Below, in pieces: positions 17,295 through 27,268 of a stretch of DNA of 64,000 bases (position 1 is the stretch's first letter; each line of letters begins with the position of its first letter). The notes below the pieces were generated by a model. It saw nothing but the letters and a program-made list of their open reading frames with translations, made no database searches and was not told the origin of the DNA. A program made the translations under genes and the position numbers. Location of the stretch: the NCBI GenBank assembly GCA_965261735.1, contig OZ253470.1:3424001-3488000 (forward strand), written 5' to 3'. Source of the DNA: Alphaproteobacteria bacterium. Its GTDB lineage: Bacteria > Pseudomonadota > Alphaproteobacteria > SHVV01.

Positions 17295-18550
17295 CCGTGC
17301 GCGCCAACCATTGCACAGGTGGGACAACGTCCTCTTTGCCGGACTCCTACTGGCCCGAAGCGGCGCATGTGTTTCCGGTGGAACGGCTCGACGCCTTCCT
17401 GCTGTGGGCTGCGAAACGCGGCGCTTCCGACATCTCCTTCCAGACCGGCGCGCCCGCCTTCATCGAGGTCGACGGCAAGCTGGCGCGGGCGACCGGCGCG
17501 GCGCTCGACGGTGTTGCGCTCGGCGGCTTGTGCGCACGCATCTTCGATGCCACGGGCGAAGGCATCCTGCGCGGCGGGCGGGCCATCGATTGTTCCCACG
17601 CCGTCGCCGAGGCGCGCGGCGTCTTCCGGCGCTTCCGTTGCAACCTCGCCCCGATGCAGGCCGCGGGCGGTTTTGCCGTCAACATCACGCTCCGGGTTTT
17701 GCCAGGCGCGCCGCCGAGCTTCGAGGAACTGGGCATCGAGGACGAGATCGTCGAGGCCTGGGATCTGCGGCGCGGCCTGACCCTGGTGACCGGCGTGCCG
17801 GGCTCGGGCAAGTCCACCCTGCTCGCCGCCGGCACCCGGCGGCTGCTGGAGCGCGGTGCCGGTCGCATCCAGTCCTATGAGGCGCCGATCGAGTTCGTGT
17901 TCGATCACATCGAGGGAAACGGCGCGCTGATGTCGTCCTCGGAGATCCCCCGCCATTTCCAGAGTTTTGCCGACGGTCTGCGTTCTTCCCTGCGCCGCCG
18001 GCCCGCTGCGGTGATCGTCGGCGAGGCGCGCGACCGCGAGACCGTCGAGGCCGTGGTTCGGGCCGCCGATTATGGCATCGCCGTCTATTCCACCGCCCAT
18101 ACCATTGGCGTCGCGGCCACCATCCGTCGCCTGCTGGCTGAGTTCCCGGCCGGCGAGCGGGCCGAGCGCGGCGCCGCGCTGATCGACGCCATGAACCTCG
18201 CGGTCACCCAGGTGCTGGCGCCTAACCCGGCGGGATCGGACCAGAGTACCTCGGAACGAAGCGGTCGCACGGCTTTGCGCGAATGGCTGGTCTTCGATGA
18301 CCGTCTCAAGGCCGACCTACTGGAGCTGCCGCAAACCGGCTGGCCGGCGCGGATCGAGGCCGCGCTCGCGGTGACCGGCAACAATCTTGCCGCCGCGGCC
18401 GGGCGCGCCTTTGCCGAGGGCCGGATCGGATCGGACGTGCACCGGCGCTACCGCGCATCTGCCGCGGGCGCCGCTGGCGGCGGTGGCGACGCCGACCGGT
18501 CTGGGGGTTACGAGCTCGAAGCCCGATCAGGGAGCCCCGGCACATGTTGA
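17291..18550 (+). CDS. dotB: DotB/TraJ (PilT-like) ATPase
   Basis: GASDISFQTG, Walker A GVPGSGKSTL, YEAPIEFVF, LRRRPAAVIVGEARD, RTALREWLVFD. Confidence 0.9.
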   Translation: MTVRANHCTGGTTSSLPDSYWPEAAHVFPVERLDAFLLWAAKRGASDISFQTGAPAFIEVDGKLARATGAALDGVALGGLCARIFDATGEGILRGGRAIDCSHAVAEARGVFRRFRCNLAPMQAAGGFAVNITLRVLPGAPPSFEELGIEDEIVEAWDLRRGLTLVTGVPGSGKSTLLAAGTRRLLERGAGRIQSYEAPIEFVFDHIEGNGALMSSSEIPRHFQSFADGLRSSLRRRPAAVIVGEARDRETVEAVVRAADYGIAVYSTAHTIGVAATIRRLLAEFPAGERAERGAALIDAMNLAVTQVLAPNPAGSDQSTSERSGRTALREWLVFDDRLKADLLELPQTGWPARIEAALAVTGNNLAAAAGRAFAEGRIGSDVHRRYRASAAGAAGGGGDADRSGGYELEARSGSPGTC

Positions 18551-18562
18551 GGAGACGATTCC

Positions 18563-18835
18563 ATGGACCCTTCCGAAGTGGCCTGGCGCGACACCATGCG
18601 CCCGGTGCGGTTCTACATGATCGATGCGCGCCTGCTGGTCCTGTTGACGATATGGCTGTTCGTGCCGGCCTGGTGGACGACGGCGGTCGTCTTGCTGGCG
18701 ATCGCGGCGTTCCGCATCGCCGAGGCGCGGGGCTACCGTTTCCGGGCCGGGCTCCGGGCGCTCCGCGCCGCAAGCGCTGGCCGGCGCCGCGCCCTTCACG
18801 CGGCGCGGTTGCGGCGCTTTGTGGATTTTGGCTGA
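18563..18835 (+). CDS. icmT: IcmT/TraK
   Basis: WRDTMRPVRFYMIDAR signature, two TM segments, GGAGA RBS. Confidence 0.85.
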   Translation: MDPSEVAWRDTMRPVRFYMIDARLLVLLTIWLFVPAWWTTAVVLLAIAAFRIAEARGYRFRAGLRALRAASAGRRRALHAARLRRFVDFG

Positions 18836-19458
18836 TGGCGGGATTGGTCCTCATGCCGTCCACCGCTTCGGCCGAGTTTCGCTATGTGGCGCCGTCCGCC
18901 GTGCGCACCGGGGTCACCGTGCCGGACGAGGCCGGCGACCGCGGCGAGCGCAATGGCGCAACGCTTGTGCAAACCCTGAAACGCTTGGCGCCGCCCTCGC
19001 TCCACCTGCGCTACGACCGCCGGGTCGATGCCGCCAGGGTGGTCGTGGATGAGTATCCGGACTGGCAGAGCCTGTTGTTCGGCGAAGGGCTCGCGGCGGT
19101 TCGTCATGGCAGCGAGCTCCATATCCGCCCGGCCGGTTTGCCGCCGGGCGCGGTCGAGCTCGCTGCCGCCGACCGCGGCCATGGCGTGTGGCGCGTCGAA
19201 GCCGGCGACACCCTGCGGGCCGTGCTGGAGCGCTGGGGTGCGCGGGCCGGAGTCGAAGTGCTGTTTCTCACCGACCGGCGCTACCGCCTGCACCGCGGCC
19301 AGGCGTTTGAAGGCGCCTTCATCGACGCCGTGCAGGCGCTGTTCTTCGCGCTTTCCCATCTGCCACACCCACCCGCCGGGGAATTCACCACCGACGGCAA
19401 GTCGCTCGCGGTGACCCATCGCGCGCCGCAAATACCCGCAAACGGAGGCAAACCATGA
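18835..19458 (+). CDS. TcpQ/PilL-like periplasmic protein
   Basis: WRVEAGDTLRAVLERWGARAGVEV...FEGAFIDAVQALF; start approximate. Confidence 0.7.
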   Translation: MAGLVLMPSTASAEFRYVAPSAVRTGVTVPDEAGDRGERNGATLVQTLKRLAPPSLHLRYDRRVDAARVVVDEYPDWQSLLFGEGLAAVRHGSELHIRPAGLPPGAVELAAADRGHGVWRVEAGDTLRAVLERWGARAGVEVLFLTDRRYRLHRGQAFEGAFIDAVQALFFALSHLPHPPAGEFTTDGKSLAVTHRAPQIPANGGKP

Positions 19459-20423
19459 ACTCGAGACCGATCGCGAAGTTCTTACCAAACATTACACTGA
19501 TAATAGCGGCCGTATCGGTTGCCGTGGTTGCGATCCCGGCGTCCCTTGCCGCCGAGCCCGACCTTGTGAGCACGCTCCGGGACAAGGGCGCACAAATCAT
19601 GCCGCTCGGTGCGCGCGGCGGGCTTGCGGGCTATCTCGTGACCCCGGTGGGCGGCGCCGGTTACAGCCTTTATATAACCAACGATGGCCATGGGGTCGCC
19701 GGTCTGCTCTACGGCCCGGACGGGGTGCTGATCACCGGCGGTCAACTCGCCGCCGTGCGTGGAGAAAACCGTCCGGCGGGAATCGCACCGAACCCGCTCC
19801 CGATGCTCGCGCCGAGCGGCGCTGCATCCGTTGCGCCGGTGAGCCGGGAGGCCGGGCCGCCAGGGTGCAGCGTTACCGGGACCGCGCCGCCGGAAGGCGC
19901 TTCCACGATGAACGCACATGGCGGTGGGGCTCGCGATCCCGCCGTCCCGCTCGAAGTGGCAACACGCGATACGGCCAACGGTGCCTCCCGGGCGGTCCTG
20001 TTCGAGCGTGCCGCGTCCGCATTCGGCTTTACCCTCGGCGAGCGCGGATCGCTGGTCGTCCTGTTCGGCGATCCCCACTGCCCGTGGTCGCGCTCGGCCG
20101 TCGCGCGGATCGGCCGCGAGGCGATGGCCGGCAAGCTGCGGCTGCATGTCGTGCCGGTGGCGCTGTTGGGCGCGGCTTCGGCCCACCGCGCGGCGGGGAT
20201 CGCGGCCAGTTCCGATCCGGCGCAAGCCTGGTTCGCCCGCAACGATGGTCCGGCCGACAGGCACGCCCGGGACCGCATCGCGCGTAATAACGCCCTATTC
20301 GATGCTTGGGGCGAGCGCTCCGTGCCGCTGATCGCACACCGCACTATGCAAGGCGGCATCGCGCACCGGGTCGGCGATATCGCCGATCTCAATGCCTGGC
20401 TGCGGGAGCTCGGCGATGAGTAG
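19455..20423 (+). CDS. DsbG-like thioredoxin-fold periplasmic protein with CxxS active site
   Basis: Signal peptide, DsbG-type N-terminus (GGLAGY..LYITNDG), FGDPHCPWS, VPVALLG, NNALF..SVP. Confidence 0.75.
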   Translation: MNSRPIAKFLPNITLIIAAVSVAVVAIPASLAAEPDLVSTLRDKGAQIMPLGARGGLAGYLVTPVGGAGYSLYITNDGHGVAGLLYGPDGVLITGGQLAAVRGENRPAGIAPNPLPMLAPSGAASVAPVSREAGPPGCSVTGTAPPEGASTMNAHGGGARDPAVPLEVATRDTANGASRAVLFERAASAFGFTLGERGSLVVLFGDPHCPWSRSAVARIGREAMAGKLRLHVVPVALLGAASAHRAAGIAASSDPAQAWFARNDGPADRHARDRIARNNALFDAWGERSVPLIAHRTMQGGIAHRVGDIADLNAWLRELGDE

Positions 20424-21057
20424 CCGGGTTCAGGCCATCGCGGAGGCCGCGCGGCAATTCGCCTTCCAGCGCGACCAGCATCATGGTTGGCGCCGCGCCG
20501 CATCGTGGCTGTTGGTGACGAACTTGCTCACGGCTGCAGCCTTCGCGGGGTACGTGTTTTTTCACTCCACGGTCTACATCACCGTGGCCGCGACCCCCGA
20601 TGGACGGCTGGTACCGCTGACGCCGCTCGACGAGCCGATCATGTCCGACGCGGCGCTGCGCAACTGGACCGTCGCGGCGGTCACCGAAGCCTTCACCCTG
20701 GGTCATCACGACTGGCGCCTGCGGCTCGCCGGCATCCGCGGCAAGTTCACCGATAGCGGCTACGAGTCGTTTCTGGCGGGGCTCGACGACAGCCTGTTCC
20801 TCGACCGGCTGCGCGACAACCTCCAGGTCGCCTCGGCGGTGGCCCGGGGCGCGCCGGTGATTACCGATACGCGGCATTTCGCCGGGCGGATCGGCTGGGC
20901 CATCGAGTTTCCCCTTCTGGTCACCTTCGAGGCCGGATCGCGGCGCGCCAGCCAAGATCTGCTGGCCCAGGTGCTGGTCATGCGCGTGCCGCTGGAGGAG
21001 CGCCCCGCCGGAATCGGCATCGAGCAATTGATCGCCAGCAAGGGAGGCGGCTCATGA
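20416..21057 (+). CDS. icmL: IcmL/DotI/TraM
   Basis: ATPDGRLVPLTPLDEP, WTVAAVTEAFT, FTDSGYESF, GIGIEQLI. Confidence 0.9.
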   Translation: MSSRVQAIAEAARQFAFQRDQHHGWRRAASWLLVTNLLTAAAFAGYVFFHSTVYITVAATPDGRLVPLTPLDEPIMSDAALRNWTVAAVTEAFTLGHHDWRLRLAGIRGKFTDSGYESFLAGLDDSLFLDRLRDNLQVASAVARGAPVITDTRHFAGRIGWAIEFPLLVTFEAGSRRASQDLLAQVLVMRVPLEERPAGIGIEQLIASKGGGS

Positions 21058-22034
21058 CCATAAGGACTCTTGCACTTCTATTGCTGGCCCTTTCGCTGCC
21101 TCCGTCGCTGGCGGCCGCGGCCGAATTAGCCAACCCAACCGCCGAGCCTGCCAGACCCGCCGAGTCCGCCGAGACCGACGTCTGGCCCGAACACGCCCTG
21201 CCGGATGCCGACGCTGCCCGGCAGGGCCGGTCCGCCTTGCCGTTCACGCAAGAGCAGATCGAGACCCTGGGCCGGCTGTTGCGCCAGACCCAGCGGGCGA
21301 GCGCGCGGGGCGCGGGCGCACCGCCACAAGGCCGTATCCGGCGGATCCGCCTCGACGCGCCGGGCGACGGGCAAATTCCGGTGATCGCGCTAAGGCGCGG
21401 CTACACCACGGTGCTCTCCTTCACTGGCATGACCGGCGCGCCCTGGCCGATCGCCGAGACTGTGCTCGACAGCCGCTTCCTGCCGCCGGGCCGGGAGGCC
21501 GCGCCGGAAGCGGCCAATGCCGGCGGCGGCCATTTGCTCTATCTGGCGCCCCGCCAGGCCTATCTCGACGGTAACGCGGTGGTGACGCTGGCTGGTCTCG
21601 CCGAGCCCCTGGTGGTCGCCCTGCGCGGCACCGGCGGCGCTGCCGACTTCCGGGTCGATATCCGCCTTGCCATGCCCGGGCCGAACGCCGATCCGGCCTT
21701 GCTGGCGCAACCCGAGGGGTTCCACGCCGGCGATCCGGTGCTGCTCGGCCTGCTCGGCGGCGCCGTGCCGCCGGACGCCGAACGGCTTGCCATCGAGGGC
21801 GGCGGCCACGAAGGCCGCGCCTGGAGGCAGGGCGGCGGTCTGCTGCTGGTCACCCGCGCATATCTGCTTTCGCCCGGCCCTTGGGCAGCCGAACGCGGCC
21901 CCGGCGGCCGCTGGGCCTACCGCTTGCCGGACACCCCGCAGGCGCTCGTAAGCGCCCGGGGCCGCGAGATCCGGCTTTCGTTCCGCTCAATGGAAATCAC
22001 AACGCAATTACAGGACATCGATGATGAACGATAG
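21054..22034 (+). CDS. icmK: IcmK/DotH/TraN
   Basis: GYTTVLSFTGMTGAPWPI, GNAVVTLAGLAEP, RVDIRLAMPGPNA, LLSPGPW. Confidence 0.85.
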   Translation: MTIRTLALLLLALSLPPSLAAAAELANPTAEPARPAESAETDVWPEHALPDADAARQGRSALPFTQEQIETLGRLLRQTQRASARGAGAPPQGRIRRIRLDAPGDGQIPVIALRRGYTTVLSFTGMTGAPWPIAETVLDSRFLPPGREAAPEAANAGGGHLLYLAPRQAYLDGNAVVTLAGLAEPLVVALRGTGGAADFRVDIRLAMPGPNADPALLAQPEGFHAGDPVLLGLLGGAVPPDAERLAIEGGGHEGRAWRQGGGLLLVTRAYLLSPGPWAAERGPGGRWAYRLPDTPQALVSARGREIRLSFRSMEITTQLQDIDDER

Positions 22035-23193
22035 ATCGATCGCTGAAACGCCGCGAAACCGGCGTATGGCGATACACCGTCTCCATGCGCCCGCGGTATG
22101 CAGTCTTCTTATATGCGCATCGCTCGCCGCGTCTTCGGGTTGGCCCGGTTCGGCCTGGGCTCAGATGCCGGACAACCGGGGTGTCAAACTCAACCCTGAA
22201 GACAGCGTTCCGCCGGCTTATCTCAACACGCTGGACGAGCGCGACCGGGTTCGGCTCGATGCGGCGCGGCAACAAGGCGAATCCTTCGTGCCGATCTTTC
22301 CTGGCCGTGGCCAGGCGCCCGGTTACACACAGCCGGCCGGTGGCGTGGGATCCACACGGTCCGTAACCGAATCACCGCCCTCCTTGCGGCACCGGCCCGG
22401 AGGCCGCGTGGCGCCGCGGCCCACCTACGAAGCCTACAGCCCGCCGCGGCAAGAGGGCCGCCCGCCCGCCCGGCCCGAAGACCGGATATCGGATCTGATC
22501 GGCGTGCTGCTGCAAACCTGGAGTGAACCGCCGCAGATCGTCCGTATCCGCTATCCGGCCGCCAAGGTCAAGAACGCCGCGCCCGCCACTTCCGGCATAC
22601 TTCCCGAACCGTCCATCCCCCTGCCGCCGGCGGGCGACGGCATCTACGCCCGCACGATTTATGCGGTGAATTCCGACTATCCGGGCCCGGTGCTGATCGA
22701 ACTGCTGGGACCGCCGCTCGCCGGCGCCGTGGCAACGGGCGCCTTCACCCTGGTGGGCGAGCGCATGGTGCTGCGGCTCACCGGCCTGGAATACCGCGGC
22801 CGGCGTATGGCAACCGACGGCTGGGCGGTCGGTCTCGATTGCGCCTGTTACGGCATCGCCGGCGAGGTCGACAGCCACTTCTTCCAGCGCGTCCTGCTGC
22901 CCGCCGCGGTGCGTTTCGCGGAGGGCTTCCTGATGGCGATGGGCCGGCCCGCCGAGAACGTCACGCTAGGGAGCGGCGACGTGCGCTATGAGCGGCGCCA
23001 GGGCTCGACGCGCGAGGCCGTTCATAGCGGCCTTGGGACGGCAGCGCGCTCGGCCGGCGATATCCTGCTGGAAAACGCACCGGCGCGCCCGACGGTGCGC
23101 ATTCCCCGCGATACCGAACTCATCGTCATGTTCGCACGCCTTCCGGGGACAACGCCGGAGAACGGGCCGGCCGGAGGCGCCGGCGGTGGCTGA
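22021..23193 (+). CDS. icmE: IcmE/DotG/TraO (VirB10-like), short form
   Basis: AVNSDYPGPV, GEVDSHFFQR, RPTVRIPRDTELIVMF. Confidence 0.8.
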   Translation: MMNDRSIAETPRNRRMAIHRLHAPAVCSLLICASLAASSGWPGSAWAQMPDNRGVKLNPEDSVPPAYLNTLDERDRVRLDAARQQGESFVPIFPGRGQAPGYTQPAGGVGSTRSVTESPPSLRHRPGGRVAPRPTYEAYSPPRQEGRPPARPEDRISDLIGVLLQTWSEPPQIVRIRYPAAKVKNAAPATSGILPEPSIPLPPAGDGIYARTIYAVNSDYPGPVLIELLGPPLAGAVATGAFTLVGERMVLRLTGLEYRGRRMATDGWAVGLDCACYGIAGEVDSHFFQRVLLPAAVRFAEGFLMAMGRPAENVTLGSGDVRYERRQGSTREAVHSGLGTAARSAGDILLENAPARPTVRIPRDTELIVMFARLPGTTPENGPAGGAGGG

Positions 23194-23725
23194 ACGCAAC
23201 GATCTTGGCCAGGCAATGATCTCGCTGGTCCGGGATCTCGAACCGGGCCTGCTGCTGTTGGTCTCGGCGCTTTGCTACGTGCTGGCGCTGTTCGCCTTCG
23301 CGCAAGGCCTGCTGCGGTTGCTGAAGACCTCGGAGGACAAGTTTCATGCGCCCTCCGGCGGCGGCACGGCATTGAGCTTTCTGATCTGCATCGTCATGGC
23401 GGCCTTGCCGTCGTGGCTCGTGGCGGCGGGCGAAAGCCTGTTCGGGTCCGGAGCACGGCCTGCTGCGGCGAGCCTCGGTTATGGCGTGCAGGGCGCCGAC
23501 TACGACGCGCTGCTGGCGGCCGTCTTCACCCTTGTCAGCCTGGTCGGGCTGTTCGCCTTCATCCGGGGCGCCTTCACGCTGCGCGCCGCCGCCGACGGCA
23601 AGCCCGGCGCCAGCGGACCCAAGGCCTTCGCCCACATGGCCGGCGGCATTGCCGCCTGGCACATCGTCGCGGTGATCGAGGCGGTGCAAACCAGCCTCGG
23701 CATCGCTGTCTTGAACATCCGATGA
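23186..23725 (+). CDS. icmC: IcmC/DotE-like inner-membrane protein
   Basis: Four TM segments, LVGLFAFIRG, KAFAHMAGG; GTG start overlapping the icmE end. Confidence 0.65.
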   Translation: MAERNDLGQAMISLVRDLEPGLLLLVSALCYVLALFAFAQGLLRLLKTSEDKFHAPSGGGTALSFLICIVMAALPSWLVAAGESLFGSGARPAAASLGYGVQGADYDALLAAVFTLVSLVGLFAFIRGAFTLRAAADGKPGASGPKAFAHMAGGIAAWHIVAVIEAVQTSLGIAVLNIR

Positions 23726-23736
23726 AAGGACAACCG

Positions 23737-24129
23737 ATGACTATTGCAACCCCCTTGAAACGGCATTCCCTCGAATGGGCCGCGGGCCTGTTTGCCGCGG
23801 TTTTCTCCGCCGTCTCGTGGGCGGGAGCGGCGGGACCGGCGTTGGCGGTTTCGCTCGGCGACATGGCGAAGGAGGCGGCGGACGACCTGGAGTCGGTGCC
23901 GGCCCTGCTGGCGGTGGCCTTCTACATCATCGGCGCCGCCATCGTCGGCTTCGGCCTGCTTAAACTGAAACGCCATGTCGATCACCCGCAGCAGACCACC
24001 ATCGGCAGCGGCCTGATCGCCATCCTGATCGGGGTCTCGCTGATCGCGGCCCCGGCGGTGATCAACGCGCTGGGCGACACCTTAGGGCTGAGCGGCGGCA
24101 GCCACACCGTGATCAAGCCCCGGCTTTAG
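23737..24129 (+). CDS. icmD: IcmD/DotP/TraR-like small membrane protein
   Basis: YIIGAAIVGFGLLKLKRHVDHPQQTTIG motif. Confidence 0.75.
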   Translation: MTIATPLKRHSLEWAAGLFAAVFSAVSWAGAAGPALAVSLGDMAKEAADDLESVPALLAVAFYIIGAAIVGFGLLKLKRHVDHPQQTTIGSGLIAILIGVSLIAAPAVINALGDTLGLSGGSHTVIKPRL

Positions 24130-24142
24130 GAAGGCGTAAGCA

Positions 24143-27100
24143 ATGCCCGTTTCGATGCCTTTCCCGCTGCCATTTTCAATGTATGGCGCGATCGAGGATG
24201 CGCTGCGGCTGAGCTGGGCGGTCCGCAAAAAGCCGTTGGAGAGTTTTCTGCTGCCCGCGGCGGCGTTTTCCCTGCCCGGCGGGGCCGGCGTGATGGCGTG
24301 CCGCGACGGCTCGCTGGTCTCGCTGTTCCGGCTTGACGGGGCCCGTTCGATGATGGGCGCCCGGGAACTCGACGGCTTCATCGAACTCGGCGCGCGCCGC
24401 CTCAACAGCGTCTTTACCGGTCCCGGCCACGCGCTGCACGCGGTGTTCGAGCGCGCCCCGGACGAGGCGGCACGGCTGGTCGCGGCGGCGGGCGGGGAGA
24501 CGCTGCGGCAATGCGAGCGGATCGGGCTCGCGCTGGGCGACGTGATCGCCGAGCGCGGCCGCCGCCTGGCGCCTCTGATGGCAGCCGAGAGTTTCGTTAT
24601 CGCCGCCTGGACCCGCCCGGCCGTGTTGCCGCCCGACCAGTTGAAACGCGACAGCAAGCAGCTCAGGCGACGGCTGCGCCAATGGCTGCCGGACGCCGAC
24701 TCCTCACAATGCCCGTATCTGGCCCCCGATGGCCTCCCGCCCCGGCACGAGGCCTTCCTCGATACCCTCGCGGCGCTGTTCGCCGAGGCTGGGATCATGG
24801 CCGAGGTGCTTGGCAGCGACGCCGCATGCGCCACCCTGCGCCGGTCGCTGAACGGCTCGGACTCGACCGCACCGGATTGGCGTCCGGTGACGGTCGCCAA
24901 CGACGCGCCCGCGCGCCTGACCGAGCCGCCCGAGGATGGCGCGTTCCCGCCGCCGCTGGGGCCGCAACTACTGATCCGCGATCCCGAGCGGACAGCGGGC
25001 GGGATCCGCATCGGCGAGCGGCTCTACGGCGCCCTCGACATGGCGCTCGGACCGCGCCGGGCACGTCCGTTCTCCGAACTGATGGAGCGCCTGGCCGATG
25101 CCGGATTGCCCTGTCGCTTCTCGGTGCGGATCGAGGGCGGCGGCCTTACCGGCCTCGATGCCGCCATGACAAACGTCGCGGCGGCGTTTCTGGCGTTCTC
25201 GTCGGACGATAGTTTTCTGGTGCGAAATGCCATGCGGGACCTCACCGCGCTCGGCGCTGACGCCCATGCCATCGTCAGGCTGCGCCTTGGTCTGTTGACC
25301 TGGGTGACGCCGGAAGACGGGGAAGACGCACTGCGCCGCCGCATAAGCCGCCTGCAGCAGCTTGCCGAGGGCTGGGGCGAGACGGTGTTCACACCGTTGG
25401 TCGGCGACCCCCTGGAAAGCCTCGCCGCGTCTGTGCCGGGGTTCTGTTGCGGCGCCACCGCCGAGCCCGCGCTCGCACCGCTTACGGAAGCGCTACGTTT
25501 GTTGCCAGCGGGTAGGCCCGCGCCATTGTCGAATAGTGGCGCGGGGCATCTGTTCCGCTCAATCGACGGCAAGCCCATGCCGTTCGCCTGGGAGGACGGT
25601 GAGGATTACGGCTTCGAGCTGATCTACGGCGTCCCCGGGCGCGGCAAGTCGGTGCTGATGAACAGCCTCGGCCTCGCCTTCTGCCTGCAAGGCGGCCAGG
25701 CCCGCCTGCCACTCAGTGCGACCATCGATATCGGGCCGTCATCGGCCGGATTGATCTCACTGATCCGCGAAGCCTTGCCGCCGGAGCGCCGCCATGAAGC
25801 CGGCTGGTTCGCGCTGCGGATGACCCGCGAACACGCGATCAACCCGTGCGACACTCAGCTCGGTTGCCGCGCGCCACTACCTGCCGAGCGCGCTTTCCTG
25901 GTCAATCTGCTGGGTCTGATGATGACCCCGGCCGGCGCGGACGGCGTCCCCGACGGCATGCGCGAGCTGCTCGGCCCAGCGATCATCGCGGTCTATGCGA
26001 TGCGTTCGGACAAGATCGCCGGCGCCGAGCCACATGCTTATACGGCAGGACGCGACGGGGCGGTCGATGCGGCGCTGGCCGCCGCCGGGATCGATCCGCC
26101 GGAGGCCCCGTTGTGGTGGGAGATCGTCGACCTGTTGTTCGAGGCCGGCGCCCACGCAGCGGCCGCGCGGGCGCAGCTCTACGCCGTGCCGGTGCTGGGC
26201 GATCTGCTGGCGGCGGTGCGCGAGCCCGCCGTGCAGGGGTTGGTCGGCGATACCGCCTACGGCGCCGGCGGCGAAACGGTGACCCAGGCCTTCATCCGCA
26301 TCCTGACCGCGCTCTCGGGCGACTGGCCGATCATGTTCGCGCCTACCGCCTTCGATATCGGGCATGTGCGTATCGCCGCCATCGATCTCGCCGATGTGGC
26401 GCCCCAGGGTTCGCTCGAGGCGGGGCGCCAGACCGCTGCCTTCTACCTGCTGGCCCGCCATGCGCTCACCCGGCACTGGTGGATCGGCGAGGACTCACTC
26501 CGCGATATCTCCGAGCCCTACCGGGCCTGGCACGCGCACCGCCTGCGCGATATTCGCGAGGCGCCCAAGCGGCTTGCGTTTGACGAGTTCCACCGCACTG
26601 CGGGCGCCCCCGCCGTGCGCGCCCAGGTCGAGCGCGATGTGCGCGAGGCCCGCAAGCTCAGGGTGCGTCTTTGCCTGGCCTCGCAGCGGCTGGAGGATTT
26701 CGGCGGCGCGTTGACCGAGCTTGCCAACCGCTACTGGATCCTCGGTGCAGGCGGCAAGGCCCGCGAGATCGAGGCGCTGTCCGGGATATTCGCACTAAGT
26801 GAGACTCTCCAGGACGCCATCCGCAACCGGCTGCCGGGTCCCGGCAAGGACGGCGCGCCGGTGCTTCTGATCGCCAACGACGCGCGCGGGCGTTTCGAAC
26901 AACTGGTCGTCAATACGCCGGGACCGGCCGAACTGTGGGCGCTGACCACCAGTCCCGCAGATGTGGCGCTGCGGTCGCGTCTTCAGGCGCGGCTGGCGCC
27001 GGCCGTCGCGCGGGCCGTCCTGGCCCGGGCCTTCCCCACGGGGACCGCGCGTGCCCGCATCGACGCCGAGCTTGGCCGCCTCGCGGCGGCGGGCATCCGT

Positions 27101-27265
27101 GCCGGCGCCACCGAGGAAGACGTGCTCGACCGCCTCGCGGAGGAGCTCGTGCTGGCAGCTGAAACCACCCAATCCGCCTTCGGGACGGCCGGCGATGATC
27201 CGGCGGCGGCGGGTTCCACCGGCCGGTCCGTACCGGCCAGCCAACCAACCGAAACGGAGGAATAA
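24143..27265 (+). CDS. icmB: IcmB/DotO/TraU VirB4-like ATPase
   Basis: Walker A GVPGRGKSVLMN, IDIGPSS, INPCDTQLGCR, FDEFHRT, REARK, ASQ, ELWALTT. Confidence 0.92.
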   Translation: MPVSMPFPLPFSMYGAIEDALRLSWAVRKKPLESFLLPAAAFSLPGGAGVMACRDGSLVSLFRLDGARSMMGARELDGFIELGARRLNSVFTGPGHALHAVFERAPDEAARLVAAAGGETLRQCERIGLALGDVIAERGRRLAPLMAAESFVIAAWTRPAVLPPDQLKRDSKQLRRRLRQWLPDADSSQCPYLAPDGLPPRHEAFLDTLAALFAEAGIMAEVLGSDAACATLRRSLNGSDSTAPDWRPVTVANDAPARLTEPPEDGAFPPPLGPQLLIRDPERTAGGIRIGERLYGALDMALGPRRARPFSELMERLADAGLPCRFSVRIEGGGLTGLDAAMTNVAAAFLAFSSDDSFLVRNAMRDLTALGADAHAIVRLRLGLLTWVTPEDGEDALRRRISRLQQLAEGWGETVFTPLVGDPLESLAASVPGFCCGATAEPALAPLTEALRLLPAGRPAPLSNSGAGHLFRSIDGKPMPFAWEDGEDYGFELIYGVPGRGKSVLMNSLGLAFCLQGGQARLPLSATIDIGPSSAGLISLIREALPPERRHEAGWFALRMTREHAINPCDTQLGCRAPLPAERAFLVNLLGLMMTPAGADGVPDGMRELLGPAIIAVYAMRSDKIAGAEPHAYTAGRDGAVDAALAAAGIDPPEAPLWWEIVDLLFEAGAHAAAARAQLYAVPVLGDLLAAVREPAVQGLVGDTAYGAGGETVTQAFIRILTALSGDWPIMFAPTAFDIGHVRIAAIDLADVAPQGSLEAGRQTAAFYLLARHALTRHWWIGEDSLRDISEPYRAWHAHRLRDIREAPKRLAFDEFHRTAGAPAVRAQVERDVREARKLRVRLCLASQRLEDFGGALTELANRYWILGAGGKAREIEALSGIFALSETLQDAIRNRLPGPGKDGAPVLLIANDARGRFEQLVVNTPGPAELWALTTSPADVALRSRLQARLAPAVARAVLARAFPTGTARARIDAELGRLAAAGIRAGATEEDVLDRLAEELVLAAETTQSAFGTAGDDPAAAGSTGRSVPASQPTETEE

Positions 27266-27268
27266 ACG

